The notes beneath the pieces are model-generated. The model saw only the letters and a program-made list of their open reading frames with translations. It was not told the origin of the DNA and made no database searches. A stretch of 64,000 nt of DNA from Neoechinorhynchus agilis. Lineage: Eukaryota > Animalia > Acanthocephala. This document shows positions 13,471 through 26,811 of this stretch, in pieces (the first letter of the stretch is position 1; every line of letters begins with the position of its first letter). The position numbers and the translations under genes are program-made. The stretch spans positions 6,447,489 to 6,511,488 of the forward strand of contig CM121342.1 in the NCBI GenBank assembly GCA_051530055.1, written 5' to 3'.

Positions 13471-15466
13471 AAAAATCAAAATATTACAAAAGGGCTTGAA
13501 GCTATTAGAAATGAGAATAAGGAATTGAAAAGTTCCTTAAAAAGCTTAATTAAAACCTTAAAAAAGGTTAGAATGGGAGGGGGCGACGTTGAAGGTCAGC
13601 CTGGAAGCTACCAAACCCGATTCGGAACCGACCAAGAAGGTATATTCAAACAGATAGTGTTCGTTTTTTTACATGTAATATTGGAAAATCCAAAAACTTA
13701 GATAATGATTTGTTTGGTGGGTTTTTACAAGAAACAGGGACCTTCCATCATTTGGCTTACCTATTTATGAATGTTCTTTAACTAAGCCAATCTACCCATC
13801 AAATAGCAAAAACTACTCCGGTGGTTTACAATCATTTTTGAGAAAAGATATTCAACCGAAAATGATCCGTGAAATTCATACGAATGAGCACGTTATTCAG
13901 ATAATATCATCCCTGAATCCTTTTCTAAATAAGGAAGCTTATTGCGGGCTCCTTAAAATAATTTGGGTGAATTTCTACCGCAATCCAAAGTGTAACATTA
14001 GAAAATCATTAGAGGTCATGAAAGAGCTCTTAGAAGTTTGGAAGCCTGATATCATGACTGGTGACATCAATAATAATCACCTGAATGCCTTTAGAAGCTT
14101 ATTCTCATCTAACTATACCACCATTATCTCTCAAGAACCCTCGTTCCACAATTGGTCGCAGATGGATCAATAGTAAGTAAAGATTTAAATGCTTTATTCA
14201 CCTTGGAAATCCAAATGAGAATGAGCTGGCGTCTGGGTCATGATGCTTTGTTCTTCACAAGCACTGGCCGAGTCTCTGAAAAAGCGTATAAAATTAACAC
14301 CAAATCTATTTTGGTTTTTAATAAAATTTTATTGGAACGAATTGCCGCAATTGTTAGCTGTGCTGCTTAGGTTCAGAGTTGATCTTAAAACAAACTAGAA
14401 ACGCAGGCTTTAGGCGTCAAGATCACAATTTGGGATTTCTTATAAAATTAGACAAATTGAATCTAGAAAAAGCGAACATCACTCAATTGCCCAAGTATTT
14501 AAAAAAAATACTTCTCTTCTATTGGAAGGATATTAAAAAAGAGAGGAAAAATCTATTGAAATGTGCAGCTTTCTCTAAAAAATGGCGGAATATAATTTTA
14601 AATGAGAAATTTGTGGACTGGAAGTCCAAAGCAGGTCCATGGATAGGGTGCTCTTCCTATCCTGAAGCAGTTAAATCAATTTTAAACTATTGTATGGGTA
14701 AAATCAGACCCGAGCCATATTTAAGACCAATTAATTTCAACGATAACTTGGAGGAGAGTGACTATTTTCCTAGAGGTGCTGATTTTATAAAGGCCTCGTT
14801 GGTGGGTCACTCATGGGCTCATAATACGTTCTCGCCTCCATCGGCAATATTTAAACTAATAAGCGAAGAGGTTAAGTCTGTGATGATTTCGAAAATATTT
14901 TTTTATTTAAGAATTTATCAAATAATGGAGATTAATAAAGTCAAACGTATTTTGATTCCCAAAAATAATTGCAAAAAGATCGCGGAGGTCAAGGAACTGA
15001 GGCCCATTTCCATTGAAAGAGCGGCAACATGGAAGCTCTTAGATTTCGTTCAAGATAATCATTTAATTCCGCCTCCACAGTCTGATTGAACAATTAGTGG
15101 ATTTATCTAGAAAAAGACAACGATATGTCAACGTGTTGCTACAATTGGACATATCGAAAGCATTCGATGAAATTGATCGCTCTTTTATCTCTAAGACTTT
15201 AAGATTTTTGAAAGTGCCTAAAAAACTTATCGACTATACTATGATCCCATTAGAGACAAAGGGGGCATTTTTCGAACTTGATAAGGATAAGAGAATTTTC
15301 CATCCTGTTCACGGAGTCACCTTTATCACCAATCTTGTTTGTGGTAGCTATGTTTTTTTATTCAAAAACTTCAAGTTTAAAAATGGATCTGAAATTTTAG
15401 TTTACGCGGACGATATTTCCTTTTTTTTAATAGTAAGGTTTTAATAGTTTAAAATTTTTAATGTCA

Positions 15467-18400
15467 GCATTTCAGATTCAATCTTTGAGTTTTCATTATA
15501 TCCCTCATTCCGCGCCACTCCATTGGGCCGTTGCTATCATGTTTGCCGTGTCAGAGAGGTTTCTGAGAAATATCCGAGAGGCAATTAAAAGTTGCCTGTG
15601 TGGCGGCAACGACTACACATTCTGATGACATCAGAGGTCTGTCAGGTGCGTTGGTATGTATATAACCAGAGGTGTGGGTCGACGCGTTCGTTTTTAAAAA
15701 AGAATCTGTTATAGTGGGCATGATGTCGCCATGCCATCGATCAGGTGATAAACAGTAGTAACTGCATGTGGTTACTGAGAGGAAATGTACTTGCCAGTTT
15801 GGACGATATATCAATACGAACAGTGAGCCTTAAATTGCCCACATTCTGAGTTCAGCAACCTCGTGTGTGTGGTTTGCACAGGCCGAGGCTCAATTTACCT
15901 TGCGAAAGATTGTCGAAGATGACACCAAGTTCTATTATATCACCGCAGCCCTCGATCAAGATACCGATGGGCGTGTGATTGATATTTTAGAGTGTCCACC
16001 TCAAGCGAACAAATACAGACGCCTATTGGACGCATTCTCGCTCTCTGAGTCCGACCAGCCGCATTCTGCACATCGATTTTCTCGGGGATTCTGAACTATC
16101 GGAGTTGATGGACAAGATGCAAGGCCATCTCGGGAAGCACCCATCGTGTTTCCAATTCATTCAAATCTTACCCGAGGATATTCGATCGGTCCTAGTACAC
16201 GGCAAGATAACCGATCCTCGAAAATTAGCACAAGCGGCCGACGAACTATGGAAGGCTAAGCAGCTCACCACATCTTCGATACGGCGGTCCAGCAAGAAAC
16301 AAGGTGGAATATGTTTTTACCATCAGCGATATGGTGCGAAGGCTAAACGATACAGATCTCCCTTTTCGATGAGAAATAATTCCGCGAATAAAGCCGAGGA
16401 AATAAATAGTTTATTCTACGCCTGTGATCAGCGTACTGGACGACGTTTTCTCGTAGATACGGGCGCCGAAGTTAGTGTAATTCCCGCAACGATATCCGAT
16501 AAATCAACAACCACTCATAATCGGACACTCACGGCTGCTAATGGTTCATCCACTAATACATTTGGAAGCAAAATGGTAGTGCTAAAACTCGGAGATAATA
16601 CGATAAATTGGAAGTTCCTGATTGCACCAGTGCGGCAACCTATATTGGGTGCGGACTTTCTCGGACATTCCGAACTTCTCGTCGATGTGCGTGGGAAACG
16701 GTCAATATGCCCGGAAACGAATAGAATAACGAACATTTCGTCGGCAACAATCAGACCCGGAGTAAAGATTTCTGAGACAACAATTCCAGATGAGTCACTT
16801 TGCACCAATATTCGGAACGAATTCCCAAACGTCATCAATCGTGTGCAGCACTACATCCAAACTAGTTGTGCTCCTATCCATGCTCGCTCAAGACGTCTCC
16901 CTTCTGAAAAGTAGCGATCGCTCAAACCGAGTTCCACAAATTGGAATCGCTCGGAGCCGGTCGAACAGTCGGTGGAGATGAATGGAACTTTTGAAAGCGC
17001 GAAGCAAGCATTAGCTGACGCCACAATGCTCACGCATCCGGCAATAGATGCGCCAATAGCAATAACAACGGACGCTTCTGATTACGCTGTTGGAGCAATC
17101 CTACAACAGAGGATTTCAGGAGATTGGAAGCCATTGGCTTTCTTCAGTCGTCAACTACGAAAGCCAAAGCAAAGCTAGCAATTTACTTGGCAATCAGACA
17201 CTTCCGCTATACAGTAGAGGGACGACCATTAACCGTTTTCACAGATCATCGGTCACTGATTTTTGCTCTCGACAACAAAGACATTTGAGCTACATCTCAG
17301 AATACACCACGAACATTGAGCATGTGAGTGGGCGCAGCAATCAAGTCGTCGATACGCTTTCGGGGGCTATTCTAGCCAACGTTAACGAAGGTATCTCTTT
17401 TGAAGCGATGCCTCAAGATCAACAAGAAGATCCCGAAACACAGGCATTACGGATAGCGAAATCAGCACTGCGTCTCCGAAACGTTCCCATCGGTAACGAA
17501 GGATTAACACTTCTCTGTGACATTTCATCCGGAACACAAAGACCGATAGTACCAACATCGTGGCGCAGAAGTGTATTCGACGCGGTTCACGAGCTGGCAC
17601 ACCCCGGAATAAGAGCGACCCGCAAGCTAATCACAAGGAAATTCGTCTGGCCTGGTATGGAAAAAAGATGTCGGCAATTGGGCTAAAACATGCATTACTT
17701 GCCAAAAAGTGAAAATTCAACGCCACGTGAAATCACCATTAGAAAAGTTTAAATTACCTTCCGAAAGGTTCGATCATATACACGTTGACCTGGTAGGACC
17801 TCTTCCACCTTCTCAGAGATTTACCCACTTGTTGACAATAGTTGATCGATTTATCCGCTGGCCAGAGGCCATTCCACTCAACCAGACAGATTCACTTTCA
17901 TGCGCCCTTGCCTTAATCAGCAACTGGATCTCCCGTTTTGGGGTCCCGAGTGATATTACCTCCGATCCACTTCGCGAATATGGGCCGATATGTCTCAATT
18001 ATTCGGCACAAAGCTATACCAAACAACATCTTATCAACCACAGGCAAACGGCATCGTCGAGAGGATGCATAGACACTTGAAGGCATCCCTGAAAGCTCGT
18101 TGGAAAAGTCCGAACTGGATGGACGAACTCCCATGGGTGATGTTGGGTTTGAGGACCTGCCCGAAAGTCGATCTGGAAACATCTTCTGCGGAACAAGTTT
18201 ATGGCAGTCCACTCAAAGTGCCAGGCGATTTTGTATACCATACGAAGGAAACAAGCGATCCAAAGAAACACTTTTGAAGAACTTCGCGAAAAGATCCGTT
18301 CCCTAGTATGATTCCAGACACCGAACCGTACCAGTTCATGTACCGAAAGTACTGGCAGATGCCCAGTATGTATTCGTAAGACGGGAACAACCCGGAGGTA

Positions 18401-18590
18401 AACTCCTGCCACTGTACAAAGGACCATATAAAGTGATCGATCGGGCGATAAATTTTTTAAGATTGATTACGGTGGTCGCTCCGAAACAATCTCAATCGAC
18501 CGACTCAAACCGGCACACGTCCACTACGATAGAAATTGCAACTCTCTCTCTACACCTGCAGAAAATAGGAACACTACTGGGGAAAGCTGA
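15467..18590 (+). mobile_element. Decayed Ty3/gypsy LTR retrotransposon (CsRn1-like gag), RT core deleted
   Basis: gag SLKLPTF*VQQP/WFAQAEAQF; protease FLVDTGAEVSVIP and ILGADFL; RNase H TDASDYAVGAILQQ; integrase HELAHPG...CITCQK, HIHVDLVGPLP, ITSD and QANGIVERMHR; C-terminal SIDRLKP. I found no paired LTRs, so the boundaries are approximate. Confidence 0.9.
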
Positions 18591-19825
18591 TCTGTAGATA
18601 AATCTCCAAAAATGTCTTATTATCCCTAACAACCAGACCAGAGCAACTAATCTTAGAACTTCAACACATTTATCAAATTTTAGAGAGTTGCCGAAGGTTT
18701 CGAAAAATAGCAAGTTATTAGGACTTAAGGTCCCGTTATTTGGATACCCGATTTGCGAGTTGGGAAGGATTCGAAATATGTTTTATAAAGCTAAACTCAT
18801 AATGAAAAAAGGGAAACGTTTAAGTCTAAATGATAAAATGGTGATAAATATAATTAAAACCCTTATTTTTGGTACAATTTGTTTTTTATAAGAGGCAGAC
18901 CACCAGAACAACGACTAATGATCTTTTTTAAAATCCTCCCGATTGTTAAAAAGATCAAGTTCTTATCAGCGGAATCAAATAAGGACTTGAATAAAGATCT
19001 GGCGATTTTATTTTTATCCAAAATATGGTTTTATAGCTGTAAATATAAATTGGCAAAACTTGTTTTTAATACACATAATCAAATGTGCCTGCAACTAATG
19101 AAAGCAAAGTTTGATTCAACTAATTTTAAATAAATTATAATCCGAGACTTTCTTAAGAAAAACCTTGATCATTTTTTAGAATCATTTGTATTCCCCTTCA
19201 CAAACGGTGAGTTACCTTAACAAATCTTAGGACCATTTATAGGAAATGGAAATATTCGAAACCAAACACGGCTAAATGCGATTATTCTTTGTTTTGATAA
19301 TTGCGCAGAGACACAAAAGAGTGCGCAATAACGACTAAATCTCAAACAATTGTAGAAAAGGATTGTAATGGAGGTTCTTAGAAAATGAATGATTGTAACC
19401 AGTATGAGTTAATAAATAAATAAATTTTTGAACAACGCATTGAACGTTTGATAATACAACAAAAATCATTTCCACATGAAGTTAATTGAAAAAAGATGAA
19501 TTTAATTCTGAGAGAAATTCCAATTCTTAAATGCGTCGACTTTTTTAAGAATCCTGCAAAGTCAGCAATTCTTAAGCATTTTAACTTTTTGTTTTGTCTT
19601 CTACTTATCATAGAGATTTTGAAACCAAAATGAATTTGAAAAAGTTGAAAAACTGCACAAATCATATCGAAAAGACGTGAAAAATCAACGATTATATAAA
19701 GACATAAATCGAAGTTGAATAAAATGCACGGAAATAAACTTAAAGTACAGAAACTAAGCGACGTTCACAAAATAAATTTAAGCTTATGAACAACATTTCG
19801 CGACATGTTTACAAAACTCCTTGGG

Positions 19826-19832
19826 TATAAAA
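19826..19832 (+). promoter_or_regulatory. TATA box of secreted repeat gene copy 1 (identical at 26749-26755 and 36868-36874)
   Basis: GGGTATAAAAGGGGG lies 63 bp upstream of the ATG in all three paralogues. AATAAA lies about 20 bp after each stop (e.g. 20771-20776). Confidence 0.65.
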
Positions 19833-19888
19833 GGGGGCAGATCGAGTCGATTAATCATTGATCATCAATTGCAAACTCGTGAACTCAA

Positions 19889-20752
19889 ATGAACTTCAAC
19901 GCTCTCTTTTTTGCTTGCGCTTTAATCGCCATTGCATCCTGCTACGGAGACTGCTGTTCTCCAGCAGAATGTAGACAAGAACCAATCTGCGCTGCTGAAC
20001 CAGCTAAAAATATCGTTAAAACATTCAAAGTTGTGGTCCAACGAGCACCAAACAGTCCCGAAATGGCAGCTTGTAAACCGGAACCTGCCCATAGAATGAA
20101 AGCGCAAAAAGCACCAATCTGTGAACCAGCACAATTCGACGAACCGGAACCAGTTTGTCAAAGTTGTTCTCAAAGGACTTCAGCGTTCAGTCCGAAGTCA
20201 GTTTGTGAACCGAAGGAAGTCTGCGAATCGGAACCAGTTTATAAAAGATATTCTCAAAGGACATCAGGGTTTAGGCAGCAGCCAGTTTGTCAACCGGAGT
20301 CAGTTTGTGAGCCAGCACAATTCTATGAACCGCAGGAAGTTTGTCAACCGGAGTCAGTTTGTGAGCCAGCACAATTCTATGAACCGGAGTCAGTTTGTCA
20401 ACCGGAGTCAGTTTGTGAGCCAGCACAATTCTATGAACCGCAGGAAGTTTGTGAACCGGAGTCAGTTCGTGAGCCATCGGTGAAAAGCTCGTCCTCGGCG
20501 CCAGCCGTTGCGATTCCAGCGATTCGAATAACATTCATCCAACCAAAATCGGAGATCGTGCAAAGTTCAATCCAGGAAAGTCGCGAGGACACTGTACGGA
20601 AACCGATTTGTCAGGAAAGAAGTTCCAAAATCTGTTCAAGCGGCCAAAAGCAGGGGAACGTCATTCGTAAACCAATTTCGGCTCCCTTACGTTCTTGTTA
20701 CAAGAACGCTGCTGAAAACGTTTGCAATAAGTGCAACGCTTGCCGTTGTTGA
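19889..20752 (+). CDS. Secreted Cys-rich hexapeptide-repeat protein, paralogue 1 (287 aa)
   Basis: Intact ATG-TGA single-exon ORF with signal-peptide-like MNFNALFFACALIAIASCYG, repeats EPAQFY/EPQEVC/QPESVC, Cys-rich termini, a TATA box and a polyA signal. Confidence 0.85.
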   Translation: MNFNALFFACALIAIASCYGDCCSPAECRQEPICAAEPAKNIVKTFKVVVQRAPNSPEMAACKPEPAHRMKAQKAPICEPAQFDEPEPVCQSCSQRTSAFSPKSVCEPKEVCESEPVYKRYSQRTSGFRQQPVCQPESVCEPAQFYEPQEVCQPESVCEPAQFYEPESVCQPESVCEPAQFYEPQEVCEPESVREPSVKSSSSAPAVAIPAIRITFIQPKSEIVQSSIQESREDTVRKPICQERSSKICSSGQKQGNVIRKPISAPLRSCYKNAAENVCNKCNACRC

Positions 20753-21574
20753 TCTTAGAATTTTAGACTTAATAAAACTTAGTTGGCAAGTCGTGAATGT
20801 CGGGTACGCAAGTAAAATGCTATTTTTGATCTGTTTCCTTTCCAATTTTACCGAAGAACGATAAATGTTTAAAAAATTTCAATTGTGCATAATTTTCATG
20901 ATCTAATTTTCAAAAAGATGCCATTATTTTTATCCGCGACAAATTTAGATTGCAGTTTCTACTTCTTAAACTGGGCTTTTTAAAAATTAACGTTTTTCCG
21001 GCAACATTCAGCTTCTACAACCACGTTCTCCGCGGAGCTCGGATATTGCATAATTTTGAAGCGTAAACTGCTGAAATGTTCCCTAATTCCTACCTTTCAA
21101 ATTCCGAATAAGTCCAAACGCTAATTTATAAACGTCTTGTGATTGGCTCTTTACATTTAATAATTTAAACTTTCGTTTAAAAATTGCAATAATGGATCAC
21201 ACCTTTTTTTACACGTTTGCTAAACGAAAAACAAATCGGTTCTATAAAAAGGTTCACTTCTAATAATTTTCTTTTATACTTTATTTTAATACTCTGATGG
21301 CGTCAATCATTTGAATAACATTTTAGTTTGAAAAAAGAAAATGCTGCAGCTATGGATTGCTCGTTATATTGTCAAAAATGTTGAAGTTCGATGAACAAAT
21401 CTTGAGAAAAGTTGCTTTTACGGCATTGAAAGCGACGACTAAAGTTAATGGCATTCTTCTTTATGATGTGGAAAACTGTCCATTCCGCTTAAAATCCGCC
21501 GCCTAAAGAAAGTGTTTTTTGAATGGTTTTTGTGATATCCACTATGCAATCACAATTGTCCGCCAAATTAGAGC

Positions 21575-22320
21575 TTCTCTCCATCCTTGGCTGTCGCTAT
21601 CACGTTAGCAGCAATGCCTCGTTGTACTGCGAGCGAGATATTTTGCCGCAGGAATACACCTGCTCGTTCGTCGCCTGTGGTTTCTCTGAATTTCCTTGAG
21701 AGATCTGGGCCCTTGCTAAATCCCTATATTTTCGTACCTTCCTCCCTTCCGCTGCACTGGCGGCACCTCCATCGATTTCGAGAAAGTAGGAAATGTTGCT
21801 TACTGCGATGGACGTTGCGTCCTAGAGAAGGCGTTCGCCCTCCCGCAACGGAAAGGTCGGAATTCAGTCAGGTCGACGACCGTCTAGTCGACAAAGATTT
21901 CCGGGTTCCAAGATGTTGGGGAAGTTCGCCGTTCTCAACGCCCGAGAAATTGATCTCAGAATGGCATGAGAACCTTCCTCCTGACTTTCGGCAAACGAGA
22001 CCGTGTCGACCGAAAGCATCAACCAAAGACCCACATCGACAGCGGCGTGTATATCGGGAGACCAAGCCTTAAGGACACTGCGATTCTCGTTACCTCATCA
22101 GTGAGAAGAGTTCCCACAGATGCCAAAGCAACAGCCTCCAACCACGCCCCCGATTCTCGTGAACAATCGAGCTCGGACGACCCCATCGCGAGAACCTGAA
22201 AGTAGAGAGCTGTGAGCTCTCGCAGCGGGAGGTCCGTCCCAGCTCGACTGTCTGAGGCCATTCACGGGAACATGGTTAACGCCTGTCCGCTGGCACCATT
22301 CTTCAACTGCCACCACAAAG
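21575..22320 (-). mobile_element. 3' fragment of a CRE-like (RLE-type) non-LTR retrotransposon
   Basis: QSSWDGP...RARL, ESGAWLEA, CRCGSLVDAFGRHGLVCRKSGGRFS (CCHC), EPGNLCRLDGRRPD (RLE) and AGVFLRQNISLAVQRG. Confidence 0.8.
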
Positions 22321-22356
22321 TCTTAGTCAAGACAAAACTTTTTCCTCAGAATTTTC

Positions 22357-22733
22357 GTCGCTTGTAAACGTCGCTTAGTTTCTGTACTTTAAGTTTATTT
22401 CCGTGCATTTTATTTAACTTCGATTTATGGCTTTATATAATCGTTGATTTTTCACGTCTTTACGGTATGATTTGTGCAGTTTTTCAACTTTTTCAAATTC
22501 ATTTTGGTTTCAAAGTCTTTATGATAAGTAGAAGATAAAACAAAAAGTTAAAATGCTTAAGGTTTGCTGACTTTGTAGGAATCCTAAAAAAAGTCGAGAC
22601 ATTTAATAATTATAATTTTTCTCGGATTTAAATGCATCTTTTTTCAATCAACTTCATGTAGAAATTATTTTTGTGGTATTTTCAAACGTTCAATGCGTTG
22701 TTCACATAGTCGCCCATTCAATCGCTGTTCAAC
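22357..22733 (-). repeat. Inverted copy of the ~370-bp upstream region of the secreted gene, containing the uninterrupted (empty) LINE target site
   Basis: The reverse complement matches 19430-19767 and 36473-36810 and extends to GAACAGCGATTGAATGGGCGACTATGTGAACAACGCATTGAACGTTTG with no insert. Confidence 0.88.
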
Positions 22734-23169
22734 ATAAACAGCAGTCAGCAGTCCTAGACGTCAAATAAAATCACATGATTTGAAGCCTCGCGATCCTCCT
22801 GATAAACGCAAAACTAATCCGATGGTCAATGACAAGATTAGTTTGGAGGGTCTCAGGGATGGGAATGTTGGTATTCCTCCCAATTTGGTTTTGAGTAAGT
22901 CCTGCCCCCCGACAGTTTTTCCTAAATAATCATTGGGTTTCCCGCCCCCACATGCAAGTTGTTTTTGGTTTTAGACATGGAAGGGTTAAACTCTTCCAAT
23001 GTTCCAAGGTATGAAAACATACAAAGTTTAACTAAGGTTTCAAATAAAAATGACTCCTCATTCATTCGAGATTTTCATCCAACGGAAAATGGGTGTTTTT
23101 TTATTTCTTACCTCAAATTTTCGATGCCTTGCGTCTTCGTCAGGGAGCTTCCCTTCGGTGATCTGAAAA

Positions 23170-24660
23170 GGATCAGAGGAGGGCAACGCTGTCCTCTGCC
23201 TCGCTGTGTCTGCTCGCAACCAATCCAACAACTCCCCCACGATTAACGCCTCGGCAATCGAGAGATCCACAGGATCGGATGCCCTGTGTATCACCTCAAT
23301 CTGGAAGGCTGGCACCAACGTGAGAGGTAGCGAAATGGGTAGCTCATTGTGCCGATCGGTATGATTGCCCGTCCTTGGATAGCCGGCACAACATCCTATA
23401 TACCACGCATATTGATTGGCAAGACGGTCTGAGGAATTGTCCTTCTTCTTTCCTTGAAGGGCTGCAATGGGAGCACATCAGACATGACCTCGGACAATCA
23501 TTTTGATCCTCGTGGTGCTCGGTCTGCGTCAAAATCTGTCCAAGTGATGGCTCTGTCCTGTGGACGACTCGCGTTTTTAACTTGCATTGCCGCAACGCTT
23601 TCTTGACTTCGGTCGTGAATCTTTCATCGACGAATGGCACTTTTGGAACTGGTAGACTTTCCTCGGCTAGTCTACTTCGTCGATCGAATCTTTTCTCTTT
23701 TTTCATCGCACCAGCCGTCAACCTGGTAATGTCCTTGCTAGAATACCCATTACCAGCGAACAGTTGCTTAATCCGTTTATCCGCCTCGTGTTTTCCATGC
23801 TCCGTCGAAGCACATATCCTTGCTGTTTTCCACATTTCTGTGAAGATAGATTGTTTGATTATCCAGAGATGGTGCAACTCACAGAGGTTCAGGAACGGTA
23901 GATAGTCACTTGGTTTATCCCGAGTAACCTTGATGCGACCTGCTAAATCCATTGAATTTAACTGATCTTCGATTGTGTCGACCTCACTATTCTCGTGGTA
24001 GGTTAGCAGCACATCATCCACATATCGGAGATGGATTTGATTCGACGAAAGATGTGGAAAACTGTGCTGCCCCTCTAAGCCATCGAGGAATAGATTAGCC
24101 AAGACTGTTACCCATCGAGAGACCACGGACTTGACGATACAGTTGATTTCGGAATCGAAAAAGGTTGTATTGTAGGACCAGGCGTGTGAGCATCAACACA
24201 TCAGAAGGTTCCATTCCGAACAGGTTTGTCCGACGTTCTTGCAACTTCCTGGCCAATGTATCAATTGCGGCTTCAGTGTCGACATTCGTATATAAGCTTT
24301 GGAAATCGAAGGACATCACTTTAGATCATTGCAGGATATCTTGCCTCGATTCCAATGTTTCTGTTAGCCCGCGCGTATTTTTAATGTATGCTGGTCCATC
24401 TCCAACCAAAGGAGCCAACATCTTGGCTAGCAGTTTGGATATCCTATATGCTGGTCCATTTATTGTAGATACAATTGGTCTGCATTTGAGCCGGTCTCCT
24501 CGCAATAAGACCTCCGGCATCTTGTGGGTCTTTACCATCGCATATAGAACTGGGGTACCTAAGGGCCCTTGGGTAAATTCGTGCATTTTCGTAAGGTTCC
24601 TACTCGCGACTATCCTGCGAGAGGGTGTTGGGAAAAGAGGCTTTCCATAATATTACTCCT
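23170..24660 (-). mobile_element. Decayed Penelope-like retroelement (RT plus GIY-YIG)
   Basis: LYAMVKTHK, RPIVSTINGP, SFDFQSLYTNV, YRQVRGLSMGN, LRYVDD, LPFLNL, F..NGYS and VPFV, followed by a Cys-rich linker and a VVYRMLC GIY-YIG start. Several frameshifts. Confidence 0.88.
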
Positions 24661-24799
24661 CATTCAATTCTAAAGTCTCAGTTGATATCCACCAGGAGTT
24701 TATGCCGAAACTCCCGAGCTCCGTATTTAAAAGGAAAATTTAAAAAATGCCTCTCTAAACGTGGTGTTTAAACATTACCTTACTAATTGGTTATTATTA

Positions 24800-25400
24800 A
24801 AAAAAATGGGAAAGTGTGAAGATTTATCAGATCAAAAAATATTTATCAACAAAATGGGCTCACTTAATCGCATTCGTGAGCTTTAAAGGGCGTTTTTTCT
24901 AAAAAAAGATTGTCAGGTGGATTTTGCGGATATTTCGCGTAAAGCTCCGCTGCTTGTTTTCAATATTCCAAATATGAATCATAAGAACCTTTCTATGCTT
25001 CAATAAAAATTCCAAGTTAAAACTATTAAATTTCTCTTCAATAATCCGGATAAACTCCCTTATGCTCTACTAGTAAAAGGTTCATCTAACATAATTGATA
25101 AATTAAAAGGCACTTCGACGGGTTTTCTGGCCCATTGGATAAACTTTTCTTTCCCTGGAAAGAACTCGATTTATGATTATATTTTGACACCTTTTTCACA
25201 ATTCAAAAGTGATCCAAAATGTGGCACCTGTGCCGAAAATCATCTTTCTTCATCATACCAAAGCAGTAGAATATGTTGCTGCAATTGTGGTGGAAATCAT
25301 AAAGCCTTTAAAAGGTTCTGCCCGCAGCAGTAAAATACTTCAAATCATATGAAAACTCTAACGGTTATAAATCCAATGCCTGGGTAAACAGAAGCAACCC
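24800..25400 (+). mobile_element. Relic of a LINE gag/ORF1 (zinc knuckles)
   Basis: Hand translation at ~25205-25330 gives KSDPKCGTCAENHLSSSYQSSRICCCNCGGNHKAFKRFCP (CX2CX3H and CX2CX3HX6C knuckles). Confidence 0.6.
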
Positions 25401-25874
25401 TTCGCGCTCCTCTTCTCACAATACTTCATTTAGCCAAGCATATGATAGACAGTTTTTGGAATCCTTAGTGGGTCAAATTCGCTCCCTGCAAGACTAAGGC
25501 AAAGTTCTTTACAAAAAAATGAAGAAAAAGACGTAATAATAAATTCGCTAAAAAAATCACTAGACAAGAACGGTGTCTCGGTAAGCTGTGAGTCGGAAGA
25601 GATTGGGATGGTTGATAATATGGAGGATATCGCAATGGAAGGTCCGGTGGAAGCGATGACTATGGATCAATCTCCTTCCTTTAATCCTTATAAAAGAAAA
25701 ACGGAAAATAAGTTAGACAATAATGATTCTAAAATCTTTATAAGGGAAGAGAACAACTCTTCGCCTTTTCATTATGATGAATAATAGAAGGATTTTATCC
25801 TATAATATTTAGAGAGGTAGTACAATCTCGAATCATATATTAAATCAAATCAATATCCTGGATGCAGATGTACT

Positions 25875-26475
25875 CTGTTTCCAGGAATTGGGAATTTCCA
25901 ACAATTAGATTTACGAAGGAGTTATCGAGTAGACTCCAGACCAAGACAGGAAAGTGGAGACTCTTGGTGCGCTCGGTAGCTCGGCACTTCGATTTACGAG
26001 GAAGCAATCTAGTAGACTCCAGACCAAGACAGGAAAGTAGAGACTCTTGGTGCGCTCCGTAGCTCGGCACTTCGATTTACGAGGAAGCAATCTAGTAGAC
26101 TCCAGACCAAGACAGGAAAGTAGAGAATCTTGGTGCGCTCCGTAGCTCGGCATTTAGATTTACGAAGGAGTTATCGAGTAGACTCCAGATCTTGGTGCGC
26201 TCCGTAGCTCGGCATTTAGATTTACGAAGGAGTTATCGAGTAGACTCCAGGCCAAGAAAGTGGAGACTTTTGGGGCGCTCGGTAGCTCGGCACTTAGATT
26301 TACGAGGAAGCAATCTAGTAGACTCCAGACCAAGAAAGTGGAGACTCTCTTGGCTCCAGGCCAAGACAGGAAATACAAGGACTGGTGCCTTCCTGCGGCA
26401 AACCATTGGTCTCGTGATCCAAAGAGGAAAAGCAGCGAGTGTGGTCACGACCACTGAGCGTGGACGGCAGTGATT
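25875..26475 (+). mobile_element. CRE-like 3' end with ~5 copies of the 83-bp repeat
   Basis: Repeats of GAGACTCTTGGTGCGCTCGGTAGCTCGGCAC...AGTAGACTCCAG followed by TGAFLRQTIGLVIQRGKAASV. Same family as 59880-61720. Confidence 0.85.
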
Positions 26476-26811
26476 GTTTAAACGTTTTGTTGTTGTGTGA
26501 AAATGAAAAAATATGATTCGTTTAAAAAAATCATTTATTCAAATGGTTCGTATAAATTGCTTGCTATATTTTTAAAAGAGTCAAGATCAATTTTAATAGT
26601 GTGAATAAAAAGCCTGAGACGTGTCTTAGATGTATAATAAAATAAACTGTAAAAAAAGAAAATTAAAGTACAGAAACTAAGCGACGTTCACAAAATAAAT
26701 TTAAGCTTATGAACAACATTTCGCGACATGTTTACAAAACTCCTTGGGTATAAAAGGGGGCAGATCGAGTCGATTAATCATTGATCATCAATTGCAAACT
26801 CGTGAACTCAA

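Larger units (their letters stand above)
12182..19429 (+). mobile_element. Decayed APE-type non-LTR retrotransposon (LINE-A; gag with three zinc knuckles, APE, RT), interrupted by a MITE and a gypsy element
   Basis: Knuckle relics CRKCQGHMAYKC, HCSGEHLSSNC and CVNCILNHKAYDTRC (~12985-13150). APE motifs FLQET (~13730), VNFYRNP, IMTGDIN and EPSF. RT motifs LRPISI, LDISKAFD and YADD (14379-15444). It resumes after the gypsy with KLLGL and RGRPPEQRL (18688-19133) and ends in AATAAATAAATAAATTTTT. Confidence 0.8.

Noticed and set aside
19378-19665. Repeated minus-strand ORF MICAVFQLFQIHFGF (also 36384-36707)
   Set aside because: It recurs only because the upstream DNA is duplicated. The third copy at 22.4-22.7 kb is not open, and no motif is present.
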